A stretch of DNA of 64,000 nucleotides from an uncultured delta proteobacterium (GCA_963715335.1 CAVQRZ010000001.1:224001-288000); one strand, 5' to 3'; positions 49,420 to 59,726 are shown, counted from the first letter of the stretch. Made by a program: numbers and translations. Notes: generated from the sequence alone by a model not told the origin.

Positions 49420-49469
49420 AATTTGTGCTATAACTCCCCGAATCTTGGAAGAAATCCGGAGGAATCATT

Positions 49470-50807
49470 TTGCCTAAATACTCTGTCAGCCTGGTTAGCC
49501 TCGGTTGCCCTAAAAACCTGGTCGATGCCGAGGTCATGCTCGGCCACCTGCCCACCGAGCGTTTCTCAATCATCACCGATGAGAGTGCCGCTGATATCAT
49601 CGTCGTCAACACCTGCGCTTTCATCCGCGACGCCCAGGAGGAATCAGTCGAAACAATCCTCGAAGTCGCCGACTACAAGAAGAACGGTCGCTGCAAGCTG
49701 CTGATCGTCAGCGGCTGCATGCCGCAACGCTACCAGGAGGACCTGGAAAAAGAGCTTCCCGAAGTCGACTTTTTCATGGGTACCGCCGATGCGCCACGCA
49801 TCGTCGAACTGCTCGACAGACACCTTCAAGGCGGGCCGCAGCACCAGATCGGTCTGCCTGATTACCTCTATGACCACACCACGCCCAGGGTGACTTCGTC
49901 ACCCTATTATTCGGCGTATGTCAAGATCGCCGAGGGCTGTGCCAACCTCTGTTCATACTGCGTCATCCCGAGCATCCGCGGCACCCTGCGTTCGCGGACC
50001 ATTGCCTCGGTTGTGGCCGAGACAAGGCGGCTGATAGACAACGGCGTCAAGGAAATCAACCTGATCGCCCAGGATGTGACTGCATTTGGCGCCGAGCGCG
50101 GCAGCGGCCCGGAGCTGCCAGCCCTGCTGCGCGAGTTGGTCAAGATCGACGGTCTGGTCTGGCTGCGATTGCTGTATGCCTACCCGGACGGCATCACCGA
50201 TGAGCTGCTCGACCTGATCGCCGCAGAAGAAAAGCTTTGCAACTACCTCGACCTGCCGATTCAGCACATTGACGACCAGATCCTGGCGGCCATGAACCGC
50301 CGGGTCGACGAGTCCGACATCCGTTCCCTGCTGGGACGGATCCGTTCGCGCATCCCCAACATGACTCTGCGTACCTCGCTGATCGTCGGCTTCCCCGGAG
50401 AAACTGACGCCCAGTTCCGCAAATTGCTCGCCTTTGTCGAGGAAGGCCACTTTGAGCGACTCGGCGTGTTCCGGTATTCCCGCGAAGCCGGGACGCCCGC
50501 GGCAAAGCTCGACAAACAGGTGCCCGAACGCACCAAACTGGCGCGCGTCAAACGCCTGATGAAGGCCCAGTCGCGGGTCTCCTTGAAAAAGAACCTGGCA
50601 CTAAAAGGCTGTGTAGAACCGACCCTGGTGGAAGGCTACAGCGAGGAGACCGAATTGCTGTTGCGCGGCCGCAGTGTGCGCCAGGCTCCGGACGTGGACG
50701 GCCAGGTTTACATTACCGCCGGCCAGGCCAATGTCGGCGATATCGTCAACCTCAAAATCACCGACACATCCGAATACGATCTGATCGGTGAAATCTGCGA
50801 GAGCTGA
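49470..50807 (+). CDS. rimO: Ribosomal protein S12 methylthiotransferase
   Basis: [36 protein letters not shown] domain; TGcTATAAC extended -10 at 49426-49434. Confidence 0.95.
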   Translation: MPKYSVSLVSLGCPKNLVDAEVMLGHLPTERFSIITDESAADIIVVNTCAFIRDAQEESVETILEVADYKKNGRCKLLIVSGCMPQRYQEDLEKELPEVDFFMGTADAPRIVELLDRHLQGGPQHQIGLPDYLYDHTTPRVTSSPYYSAYVKIAEGCANLCSYCVIPSIRGTLRSRTIASVVAETRRLIDNGVKEINLIAQDVTAFGAERGSGPELPALLRELVKIDGLVWLRLLYAYPDGITDELLDLIAAEEKLCNYLDLPIQHIDDQILAAMNRRVDESDIRSLLGRIRSRIPNMTLRTSLIVGFPGETDAQFRKLLAFVEEGHFERLGVFRYSREAGTPAAKLDKQVPERTKLARVKRLMKAQSRVSLKKNLALKGCVEPTLVEGYSEETELLLRGRSVRQAPDVDGQVYITAGQANVGDIVNLKITDTSEYDLIGEICES

Positions 50808-50809
50808 CC

Positions 50810-51808
50810 TTGCCCTGGAATCGACCTCTTATCATAGGCATCATCGTCCTCCTGCTGGCCCTGGGGTGGCTACGCACGAACTCCGGAGGGGTGGAACAGG
50901 TTCGCCGCAGCCAGCTGATGATGGGCACGGTCGTCGAAATTGTTGCCTCGGGACAGGACGCCGGCCAGCTCGAAACAGCCATTGATGAAGCCTTTGCCGA
51001 GATGGCAAGGCTTGACAGGCTGCTCAGCCGGCACAACCAGGACAGCGACGTTAGCCGCCTCTCAAAGAGCCTCAAGGGCGGCCAGGTTGCCCCGGAGACC
51101 GCTGCCGTGATCGCTCTGGGGCTCGACGTGGCCAGGCGCAGCAACGGGGCCTTCGATATGACCCTAGGTCGTTTGAAGGCCCTCTGGGGCATCGACCAGG
51201 AGAATCCGACGGTTCCGGCGCAGGCGGCCATAGCCGAGGCCATAGCAGGGATAGGGCTCCAAGCCCTCAGCCTGGACGGACTCAACCTCGTCAAACAAAA
51301 CCCGCAGCTGATGGTGGACCTCGGCGGGATCGCCAAGGGTTATATCGTCGATCGGGCGATCGTCGTGCTGAAAAAACATGGCATCACCAGCGGCGCCGTC
51401 AATGCCGGAGGCGATATGTACCTGATCGGCCGGCACCCGGAACACTCATGGCGAATCGGCATCCAGGATCCCCGTGAACAGGGCGGCATCCTGGCAACCG
51501 TAGAGGTTCATGACAAGGCCGTGGTCACTTCCGGCGATTACGAGCGCTTCTTCGAGCAGGACGGGCAACGTTATCATCACATATTCGATCCGGCAACCGG
51601 ATCGCCGGCCCGCGGCTGCCAGAGCGCCACGGTGATTACCGACAGCGCCGCTCTCGGCGATGCCCTGGCCACCGCACTGTTTGTCCTCGGCCCGGAGAAA
51701 GGCCTGGAGCTGCTCGCACAATTTCCCGGTTCGGCAGGATTGATTGTCGCTGCCGACGGCACGTTGCATCCCAGTCAGGGCTGGGCCGACTACCAGAGCT
51801 CGCCATGA
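50810..51808 (+). CDS. apbE: FAD:protein FMN transferase
   Basis: MGT, GAFD, DLGGIAKGY, AGGD, TSGDYER, HHIFDP, DALAT. Confidence 0.94.
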   Translation: MPWNRPLIIGIIVLLLALGWLRTNSGGVEQVRRSQLMMGTVVEIVASGQDAGQLETAIDEAFAEMARLDRLLSRHNQDSDVSRLSKSLKGGQVAPETAAVIALGLDVARRSNGAFDMTLGRLKALWGIDQENPTVPAQAAIAEAIAGIGLQALSLDGLNLVKQNPQLMVDLGGIAKGYIVDRAIVVLKKHGITSGAVNAGGDMYLIGRHPEHSWRIGIQDPREQGGILATVEVHDKAVVTSGDYERFFEQDGQRYHHIFDPATGSPARGCQSATVITDSAALGDALATALFVLGPEKGLELLAQFPGSAGLIVAADGTLHPSQGWADYQSSP

Positions 51809-52191
51809 AAATGCCGTGGCAGGTCATGACTGGCGGGGACTGGCTGGTTGTCCTCAGCCTGCTCGGGATCGCCCTGGCAGGGATCGCCTGGCTGGCGACG
51901 GCCCCGGCAGGGACACGCGTGGTAGCGACTTGCGGCGACCAGACCTGCTTCGTCGCCGATCTCGACCAGGCCCGCTCGGTTGACCTGGATGGCCCGCTCG
52001 GCAAAACGCACCTCGTCATCGATGAAAAAGGGGCTTATGTGACCAGTTCGCCCTGCCCACGCAAAGTTTGTCTCTCCATGGGTCCGGCCAGACATTCGGG
52101 GGACCTGCTGGCCTGTGTGCCAAATCGGATCATGGTCCGAATCGAGGGCCCGTCCGGAGAGGATGTGCCTTATGACCTGCTCAGCCGTTGA
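51805..52191 (+). CDS. NusG domain II (Lin0431-like) membrane-anchored protein
   Basis: N-terminal TM helix, GPLG, SPCPRKVC, ACVPN. Confidence 0.88.
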   Translation: MKMPWQVMTGGDWLVVLSLLGIALAGIAWLATAPAGTRVVATCGDQTCFVADLDQARSVDLDGPLGKTHLVIDEKGAYVTSSPCPRKVCLSMGPARHSGDLLACVPNRIMVRIEGPSGEDVPYDLLSR

Positions 52192-52753
52192 CGCAAAAAA
52201 CCTGGCCCGGGCGCGGCGCCAGGTTTTTCTCGCCATGTTCATCGCGCTGGCGGTGAGCCTGCACATCCTTGAGTCACTCCTGCCGTCTCCAGTCCCGTGG
52301 CTGCGCCTCGGGCTGGCAAACGTCATGACCTTGACAGCTCTCTATCTGTATGACGGCAGGGCGGCATGGACCGTCAGCCTGGCCCGGGTCGGAATCGGCG
52401 CCCTGCTGCTCGGCAGACTCTTCAGCCCGGGATTCTGGCTTGCACTGACCGGCGCAATCGTCGCTACATCTGTTATGATAATCGTGCACCGAACCTGCGG
52501 CCGGCATTTAAGTCCCGTAGGCGTTTCGGCGACCGGCGCAGCGGGACATGCTTTCGGGCAGATCCTGGCGGCACGGCTGCTGATCATACAACATGAGGCA
52601 ATCTGGCAGGTTGCCCCGCTGTTTTTGTTCTTCACGGTTTTCTCTGGGATTCTGACCGGCTGGCTGGCGACGGTTCTACTGCAAAGGCTCGGACAGCATC
52701 CGGCTTTTCAGGCGGCCGGCGTGACCTTTGATGAACAGCCCGGACAGGGTTGA
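52172..52753 (+). CDS. Gx transporter / heptaprenyl-PP synthase component I family membrane protein
   Basis: ILESLLP...RLGLAN, VSATGAAGH...GQ, SGILTG. Confidence 0.88.
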   Translation: MTCSAVDAKNLARARRQVFLAMFIALAVSLHILESLLPSPVPWLRLGLANVMTLTALYLYDGRAAWTVSLARVGIGALLLGRLFSPGFWLALTGAIVATSVMIIVHRTCGRHLSPVGVSATGAAGHAFGQILAARLLIIQHEAIWQVAPLFLFFTVFSGILTGWLATVLLQRLGQHPAFQAAGVTFDEQPGQG

Positions 52754-52818
52754 CAGGCTGAGGGGTTGGCAAGGCCAGGGCATGGCCGGTCGGGACGCGC
52801 AATGGCAGCTTGCGGATT

Positions 52819-53691
52819 TCAGGGCCTCGCCCTGAGCTCACGTAAAGCGTCGACCGTTACCGTGTAGACCTCCTTGCAGTACTCGCAGGTCACCGAAGCC
52901 CCTCCTTCTGCCTCGCTCAAGCGGTCCAGCTCATCGGTGCCGAGGCTGCGCAGCAGGTTGAGGGTTTGCCGCTGGCTGCAGTTGCAGGCAAACTCAAGCT
53001 CGGTACGGCCAAGAACCCGATAAGGGAAGCCCTCGAGCAGCCGTGCTGCGATCGCTTCGGGGGAAAGCCCCTGGCGAAGCATGGTGGTCATAGGCGGCAT
53101 GTTTGCGAGACGTTCGGTGAGATGCTCGGCGACCGTGTCGTCAGCCTCCGGCATCAATTGCAGGAGGAACCCTCCGGCGGCAACAACTTCGGCCTGCTGG
53201 CCCAGTTCAACACCGAGTGCAACACTTGACGGAGTCTGCTCCGAGGTGGTGAAATAGTAAGCCAGGTCTTCGGCAATTTCGCTGCTGACCAGCTGCACCA
53301 TGCCACGGTAAGGCTCCTTCAGGTCCAGATCCTTGATGACCTGCAGGAACCCGGCATGGCCGATGGCTCCGGCGACGTCGAAGCGGCCGTCACGAGGCGG
53401 CAGACCGGCTTGCGCCACCCTGAGAGTCGCCCTGATGTGACCATGGGCATCGGTCTCGGCCTGAACCTTTTGCAGCGGGCCGTTGCCCTCGACTGTAAGG
53501 CCGACCCGCTGCCCGCCTTTGAGGAGACTGCCCATCAGGGCGGCCGCAGTCGCCAGCCGGCCAACGGCAACCGTGGCGGTTGGGTCGGTCTGCTGCCGGC
53601 GTCGCACCTCTTCGACCAGAGCGGTGGTTGCGGCGACACTGACACGTATGGCACCGTCAAGAGTCAGGATACGAAGCATGTGATCAGTCAT
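52819..53691 (-). CDS. hslO: Hsp33 redox-regulated chaperone
   Basis: EIAED...SEQ, AGG..LQ.MP, CNCS and CEYC zinc switch. Confidence 0.94.
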   Translation of the reverse strand: MTDHMLRILTLDGAIRVSVAATTALVEEVRRRQQTDPTATVAVGRLATAAALMGSLLKGGQRVGLTVEGNGPLQKVQAETDAHGHIRATLRVAQAGLPPRDGRFDVAGAIGHAGFLQVIKDLDLKEPYRGMVQLVSSEIAEDLAYYFTTSEQTPSSVALGVELGQQAEVVAAGGFLLQLMPEADDTVAEHLTERLANMPPMTTMLRQGLSPEAIAARLLEGFPYRVLGRTELEFACNCSQRQTLNLLRSLGTDELDRLSEAEGGASVTCEYCKEVYTVTVDALRELRARP

Positions 53692-53787
53692 GAGCCATTC
53701 TCCTCGAAACGAACAGGATCCTAGCCGAAAGCACGACCCTGGTAAAGGATCATATCAAAGGCCGATGAAACCTGCAGAGAGAAAATC

Positions 53788-55383
53788 ATGTTAGACACCC
53801 TGCCATGGCTCACCTATCTGGCACCGCCCCTGCTCGGAGCGTTGATCGGTTATGTCACCAACTACATCGCTATCCGCATGCTGTTCCGGCCCTTGTCCCC
53901 CTGGCGCCTGTTCGGCCTGCGCCTGCCATTGACCCCCGGCATTATTCCCGCCAAGCGCGGGGAACTGGCACAACGCATGGGCGAAATGGTCGGTTCGCAC
54001 CTTCTGACCGCCGACGATGTCCGCAAGGCCCTGGAGAAACCGGCTTTCGATCGGGAGCTGAAAAACGCCGTCAACGACAAGCTCGGCGCATTTCTCGATC
54101 GTGACCTCGGCGCCCTTGACACCCTGGTGCCGGACAGCTACCAGCGGCGGTTTCAGGACCTGGTCTCAACCCTGCGCTCGAAGGCCCTCCGGGTGGTCAC
54201 CGGCTACCTCGCCAGCGACCAGTTTGAAGCGCAAGTGCGCCGCTTTATAATCGAGAAGGGCGATGCCCTGCTGGCACGCGACCTGGAAAGCTTTCTGACA
54301 CCTGCCCGTTACCAGGAGCTGAAGGGGCACCTCGACAATCGCCTGACCACGGTCCTGCATTCTGCCGAGACCGCCCAGACCGTGGAGAGATTCGTTGATC
54401 AACGCATCGAGCGGCTGCTGTTGAGTGACCAAACCCTGCGCGATATGCTGCCGACTGACCTGGTCGAAGTCCTCCTGCAGCAGGTTGAACGCGAAGTCCC
54501 CCCGCTCCTCGAGCGGTTCGGCGGGCTTCTCTACGACCCGGAGTTCCGCCAGCGCCTGGCCGAGAGGGCCAAACAGGGGATCGACACCTTTCTCGACTCC
54601 CTTGGCGGGCTGGCCGGCCTGCTGAGCAACTTTATCAACCTCGAACAGGTTTACAACAAGGTCCCCGGATTTCTCGACAAGGCCGGCGAAGAGATCTCCC
54701 GCTGGCTGCGTGAAGAGCAGACCCAACAACAGGTCGCGACCCTGCTGCGTGAACGCCTGGAGAGCCTGCTGGAGAAGCCGTTGAGCAGTTTCCTCGAAAA
54801 GGCCCCCTATGAAAAAATCGCCGGGGCCAGACGCTACCTGAGCGAACGTTCCGTCGCCGCGGTGCAGAGCCGGCGGACGACCGAGCTGCTGCTCGGCTTT
54901 GCCGAGCAGGGGCTGCAGCGGGTCAAAGACAGATCCTTCCGCAGCCTGCTCAACGAGAACCTGCCGGAGAACGGCATTGCGAAACTGCAGGCCGAACTCG
55001 GCGACCAGGTCCTGAAACTGGCCAGGTCCAGCCAGGCGGCAGAGGCGATCGACAAGGTTCTCAAGGACCAGATCGATGCGTTGGTGTACCGTCACCGGCT
55101 GGGCCGCCTGGCAGAGCGCCTGCCGGCCGATGTGCTTGAGGAGCTTGAAGAAAGCCTGTACCATCAGATCGGCGAGGTCCTGCAGAAGGAAGTCCCGCCG
55201 CTGATCGAAACCCTCAACATCGCCCGGATGGTTGAAGACAAGGTCAACCAGCTTGATATACTGCAGGTTGAGGGGCTTCTGATGGGGGTCATGAAGGAAC
55301 AGTTCAAATACATCAACCTGTTCGGCGCCATCCTCGGTTTCCTGATCGGCCTGCTCAACCTCGCCGTCTGGTGGTTGGCCTGA
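53788..55383 (+). CDS. DUF445 family protein
   Basis: IGYVTNYIAIRMLFRP...GIIPAKR; C-terminal INLFGAILGFLIG. Confidence 0.88.
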   Translation: MLDTLPWLTYLAPPLLGALIGYVTNYIAIRMLFRPLSPWRLFGLRLPLTPGIIPAKRGELAQRMGEMVGSHLLTADDVRKALEKPAFDRELKNAVNDKLGAFLDRDLGALDTLVPDSYQRRFQDLVSTLRSKALRVVTGYLASDQFEAQVRRFIIEKGDALLARDLESFLTPARYQELKGHLDNRLTTVLHSAETAQTVERFVDQRIERLLLSDQTLRDMLPTDLVEVLLQQVEREVPPLLERFGGLLYDPEFRQRLAERAKQGIDTFLDSLGGLAGLLSNFINLEQVYNKVPGFLDKAGEEISRWLREEQTQQQVATLLRERLESLLEKPLSSFLEKAPYEKIAGARRYLSERSVAAVQSRRTTELLLGFAEQGLQRVKDRSFRSLLNENLPENGIAKLQAELGDQVLKLARSSQAAEAIDKVLKDQIDALVYRHRLGRLAERLPADVLEELEESLYHQIGEVLQKEVPPLIETLNIARMVEDKVNQLDILQVEGLLMGVMKEQFKYINLFGAILGFLIGLLNLAVWWLA

Positions 55384-55400
55384 ACCATGGAGTCCATGCA

Positions 55401-56903
55401 ATGAATTCACGTTTTCATTTCGATTGGGGACATATCAGGCGGGCCTGGGGCGACATCCTCGGCTCGGACAGGAACAACCTGCCCAGGGTGAATGCCGACC
55501 TGCCGCCTACCGATGCAGACAAGGTCAAACTCCTGATGGAAGACTGCCTGACCGGTCGCGGCGGCGAAGTCTCTGCCCGCCAGCGGGCCGCGGTCCTCGG
55601 CGAACGCTACCTGACCTTGAGCGAGACAGGACGCAGAAACTTCCTCGAAACCCTGGTAGACAATTTTTACATCGACCGGGAACAGATCAAGGCTACGGCT
55701 AAAGACCTATTGGCAATGGTCGATGACAAGAGTTTCCGCCAGGCCGCCAACCGGATGAGCGAAGTACTGGTTTCCCCTCAACAGCGACTGCTCCGCCAGT
55801 TCAACGCCCTCCCCCAGGGCGTCAAATTTCTGGTCGATCTGCGTGCCGACCTGTTGTCCTTCCGCACGACGCAGTCGAAATTTGCCAACCTGGACCGCGA
55901 CCTCAAAGACCTGCTGATCTCCTGGTTCGATATCGGTTTTCTCGCCATCGAACGCATCACCTGGCAAAGCCCCGCGGCGCTGCTGGAGAAACTCATGGCC
56001 TACGAGGCCGTGCATGCAATCAGCTCCTGGAACGACCTGCATAACCGTCTTGAATCGGATCGGCGCTGTTACGCTTTTTTTCATCCCGGCATGTCCGATG
56101 AACCGTTGATTTTCATTGAGGTCGCACTGGTCGAGGGGCTGGCAACCAGCATTCAGAAACTGCTTGATGAAAGCGCCCCGGATATTGACCCGCTGGAAGC
56201 CGACACGGCGATCTTTTATTCGATCTCCAACACTCAGAAGGGACTGCAGGGGATCAGCTTTGGTCCGTTCCTGATCAAGCAGGTGGTAAACAGCCTGCGC
56301 CAGGAATTGCCGAATCTCAAGACTTTTTCCACCCTGTCGCCCCTGCCGGGGTTCCGGCGCTGGCTGACAACCTATGTCGAAGCCGCCTCGACGAGCGAGG
56401 AGCAGGACCCGATCCTGGACTCCATAGACGCAGCGGCCCGCCTGCTCGGGGTTGCCGCAGAGCCGAATGCGTTGTTCAATGTCCCGAACTGGTGGCAGAA
56501 CCAACAGGTCGCCGAAGCCTTGAGGGATCCGCTGCTTTCGTTGTGCGCCCGTTACCTGCACGAACCTCGCGAAAAGGACCATGCCCCTCTCGACCCGGTC
56601 GCCCGATTCCATCTCGGCAACGGCGCCCGCATTGAACGCATCAACTGGCTCGGCGATACCTCCGACAAAGGGATGCTGGAATCGTGTGGCCTGATGGTCA
56701 ACTATCTCTACCATCTCAAGGAGATGGAACAGAATATCGAGGCCTATGCGACCGGCGGGGAAATTGCTGCCGCAAAGCGGGTGCGCAACCTGTTGCGTGA
56801 CGATGAAGAGGAGAAGGGCCAGTTAACCAGGCTGCGCCGGCTGATTTCACTCCGGCGCGGCAACGGGTCGAACCCTTCGCGACCAACATCAAACCCCAGC
56901 TGA
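55401..56903 (+). CDS. Malonyl-CoA decarboxylase
   Basis: YEAVH, DRRCYAFFHP, FYSISN, GISFG, TLSP.PGF, DPVARFHLGNGA, GLMVNY. Confidence 0.93.
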   Translation: MNSRFHFDWGHIRRAWGDILGSDRNNLPRVNADLPPTDADKVKLLMEDCLTGRGGEVSARQRAAVLGERYLTLSETGRRNFLETLVDNFYIDREQIKATAKDLLAMVDDKSFRQAANRMSEVLVSPQQRLLRQFNALPQGVKFLVDLRADLLSFRTTQSKFANLDRDLKDLLISWFDIGFLAIERITWQSPAALLEKLMAYEAVHAISSWNDLHNRLESDRRCYAFFHPGMSDEPLIFIEVALVEGLATSIQKLLDESAPDIDPLEADTAIFYSISNTQKGLQGISFGPFLIKQVVNSLRQELPNLKTFSTLSPLPGFRRWLTTYVEAASTSEEQDPILDSIDAAARLLGVAAEPNALFNVPNWWQNQQVAEALRDPLLSLCARYLHEPREKDHAPLDPVARFHLGNGARIERINWLGDTSDKGMLESCGLMVNYLYHLKEMEQNIEAYATGGEIAAAKRVRNLLRDDEEEKGQLTRLRRLISLRRGNGSNPSRPTSNPS

Positions 56904-56918
56904 CCAGAGGGCAGGACA

Positions 56919-57806
56919 ATGAATTTGAAACCGGAAGTCGTTGAGCAACTCGAGCGCGTCCTTTCTGCAGTGGAGCAGCTGCTGCCGCAAGCCGTTGAAC
57001 CGATAGACTGGGCCAGGACAACTGCAGCCAACTGGCGCCGCCACTCCTTTGCCGGCTACCTGGAACCGATTGAAAACATCGAGAACACCAGCCTGGCGGA
57101 ACTGGTCGGCATCGAACAGCAGAAGCAGATCCTCGAGCGCAACACCTGCCAGTTTCTGCGCAACTTCCCGGCCAACAACGCGCTGCTCTGGGGGTCACGC
57201 GGGACCGGCAAATCCTCTCTGGTGCGCGCGCTGCTGAACAAGTACGCCGGTGAGGGTCTGCGCATCATCCAGATCGACAAACATGACCTGGATTTCCTGC
57301 CAGACATTTTTGCCCAGATCGGCAAGCAACCTTATCGCTACATCCTTCTCTGTGACGACCTCTCCTTTGAACCGGACGATCCGGGTTACAAAATTCTGAA
57401 AAGCGTCCTCGATGGCTCGGTCTATGCCTCGCCGAGAAATGTCCTGATTTACGTGACCTCCAACCGGCGGCATCTTCTCCCGGAGTTTCACACCGACAAC
57501 CTGGGCGCCAAGATGATCCACAACGAAATCCACCATGGTGAAGCGGTCGAAGAGAAGATCTCCCTGTCCGACCGATTCGGCCTCTGGTTGTCGTTTTACG
57601 TGTTCAAACAGAGCCTTTACCTGGAGATCGTCGAAAAGACCATCGCCAAGCTCTGCGTCGAGCACGGCATCGAGCCGCAGTGGGACGACGAGCTGGCCCG
57701 AGCAGCGATCAAGTGGTCGCACGACAAGAGCAAGCGCTGTGGACGTACCGCGATGCAATTCGCCAGGCACTGGCTGGGCCAATACATGTTGGATCTGGAA
57801 GGCTAG
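56919..57806 (+). CDS. DUF815 family AAA+ ATPase
   Basis: NNALLWGSRGTGKSS, CDDLSFE, TSNRRHL, EEKISLSDRFG. Confidence 0.92.
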   Translation: MNLKPEVVEQLERVLSAVEQLLPQAVEPIDWARTTAANWRRHSFAGYLEPIENIENTSLAELVGIEQQKQILERNTCQFLRNFPANNALLWGSRGTGKSSLVRALLNKYAGEGLRIIQIDKHDLDFLPDIFAQIGKQPYRYILLCDDLSFEPDDPGYKILKSVLDGSVYASPRNVLIYVTSNRRHLLPEFHTDNLGAKMIHNEIHHGEAVEEKISLSDRFGLWLSFYVFKQSLYLEIVEKTIAKLCVEHGIEPQWDDELARAAIKWSHDKSKRCGRTAMQFARHWLGQYMLDLEG

Positions 57807-58240
57807 ACTAAAACCTGGTGAGATCCAGAAGTATGGCGTTTAAATGTCCTTAGGTAATTTGAGAGAATAAATTGCAGTAATACTTGTAAGAAAGCCCCAC
57901 CTTGGGATTCAAGGAGGGGCTCCAATTTCCTGTTTATCGTGACTTATGAGAAATAATAGATACGACCCCTAGAGCCAACCCCTAGGGGTCGCTTCAGCAG
58001 GGCTTGTTTTTAAAAACACAAGCCATTTCAACAATAACTGCTTCAAGCTCTTTTTCAAGGGTTAAATTGACAGCAAATTAAGAAAAGTCCCCGATCTATG
58101 AATCGAGGATTTTCGTGGTTTATAAATGGTAAATTTTCAATAAATATCTCCTGCGTAAACGGTCGTCGGTTTTCTTTACACAAACAATCATGCCTTCTAG
58201 ATGTAAATAAAAGCCCCTTTAGTTTCAGAGGTTTAGAAAG

Positions 58241-58256
58241 TGGCATTACTCTTGCT
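58241..58256 (+). promoter_or_regulatory. Sigma54 (-24/-12) promoter of the PEP-CTERM gene
   Basis: TGGCATtactcTTGCT; TTTACA element upstream at 58175-58180. Confidence 0.8.
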
Positions 58257-58330
58257 ATGATAAATTAACCTATCGCTCCTTAACTTATTGTACGATTTAT
58301 GTAACGCTCTTCACCGAGAGGATAATTCAC

Positions 58331-58966
58331 ATGAGATACCAAGTGCTAACGGTTGTAACAGTAATCTCTTTAATGTTTTCTACTTCTGCTGGTGCAACAT
58401 TCCTCCCGTACAATATTGGTACGATCGACTCGTACATGAGCAACTATTTCGGTACTCTTGGCACTGATTATCATGAGGTTAACTCTGATTTAGACTTTGA
58501 TGGACTGTGGCAGTACTCCGCTATTGCTCATGAATCAGGTAACTGGAACATCACTGAGGACTCATCTGGGACAACTTTCACAACACAAGATTACTCAAAC
58601 TGGGGGAGTTGGGAATCAGTTAATTTTGATACCGACAATATTTACTTTGAGGATAGTGATGGGCCTGTAAACATCGCTCTCGATCCGTTTACTTTTACGG
58701 ATCCTGCACAATATTTCAGGATTTTTCAACTGGATACATCGACAACTCTGAATTACTTTGGTTCGTTCTCTTTGGATTTGGATATAGGAACCTATATTTT
58801 TGGATTTAATGATAATGGTTATCGGCCTATTGGTGATTCTGATTTTGACGATATGATTGTCGCCGCCGCTCCTGTTGCGCCAGTTCCCGAACCTGCTACT
58901 CTTCTCCTCCTCGGCAGTGGCCTTGCCGGCCTCTCTTTATATAATAGGAAGCGTAAACAGGTTTAA
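58331..58966 (+). CDS. PEP-CTERM sorting domain surface protein
   Basis: Signal peptide, DSDFDDM, VPEPATLLLLGSGL...RKRK. Confidence 0.93.
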   Translation: MRYQVLTVVTVISLMFSTSAGATFLPYNIGTIDSYMSNYFGTLGTDYHEVNSDLDFDGLWQYSAIAHESGNWNITEDSSGTTFTTQDYSNWGSWESVNFDTDNIYFEDSDGPVNIALDPFTFTDPAQYFRIFQLDTSTTLNYFGSFSLDLDIGTYIFGFNDNGYRPIGDSDFDDMIVAAAPVAPVPEPATLLLLGSGLAGLSLYNRKRKQV

Positions 58967-58988
58967 GATTTAAGAGTGCTAGAATTGG

Positions 58989-59020
58989 AAGCGGAGCCAG
59001 AAATTGGCTCCGCTTTTTTT
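58989..59020 (+). terminator. Intrinsic terminator
   Basis: aagcggagcca-gaaat-tggctccgctt followed by a T-run. Confidence 0.85.
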
Positions 59021-59304
59021 GTTTTAAATATTGTAAATCTTGAGGGCGTCGTGATGTTGGTGCCAGCGCTTTACCAGTATGCCGCCATGACCAGGTGTAG
59101 GATTTCCTGAAACCGCCCATGGGAATGCTGGCAGTGAGTCTCAGGGTTTGTAATATAAGATATCGGAAAATGTCTTGGATTTTTTACTGCATTGTTTTCA
59201 TGGCTAAAAATCTAACAGAATCAAAATTTACTGATTACCCTGCAATCCAGTAACGCCATCCGCCTCCCAGTAGCTATATTCCTATGAAACGGAGTAGTTA
59301 ATGG

Positions 59305-59559
59305 TTATAGGCAGGAGACAATATTTGCCGTCTCCGATTTTAGATCAAAGACAACTTTAACTTGCTTGTTTTTAAGTTGCTTGAGGACCTGTTCAATCTT
59401 ATCTTCCAAAGCACCACCGGGGTCACCCCAATCTGAACCATCTCTGGTCACAAACTCCTGAATCATATTCCGCAACGTTTCAGGATCAATCTGATCGTAA
59501 GGGACATTGACCCCTTTTTCGTGATGGGCGATTGTTTTTTCCTGAGGTTTGGATTTCAT
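59305..59559 (-). CDS. YheU (UPF0270) family protein
   Basis: VPYDQIDPETLRNMIQEFVTRDGSDWG. Confidence 0.85.
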   Translation of the reverse strand: MKSKPQEKTIAHHEKGVNVPYDQIDPETLRNMIQEFVTRDGSDWGDPGGALEDKIEQVLKQLKNKQVKVVFDLKSETANIVSCL

Positions 59560-59726
59560 TGCGAGAGCTTAACATCCTGTACCCCTGCAATGTAAGAAAA
59601 AGACCACCAAGGATCGTTCCCTGGTGGCCATAATTTTGTCTTCCTGAATGTCTATCAATAATAAGCCGGTTTTCGTCTCAGTAATCGTGATAAATAAAAC
59701 AGTTCTCAAATGCAGTTTGAACGCTT

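Noticed and set aside
59030..59300. GEMM (c-di-GMP/cGAMP) riboswitch in intergenic DNA
   Set aside because: No recognisable P1/P2 GEMM core on either strand here or in other gaps checked by eye; an Rfam scan would be needed to exclude it fully
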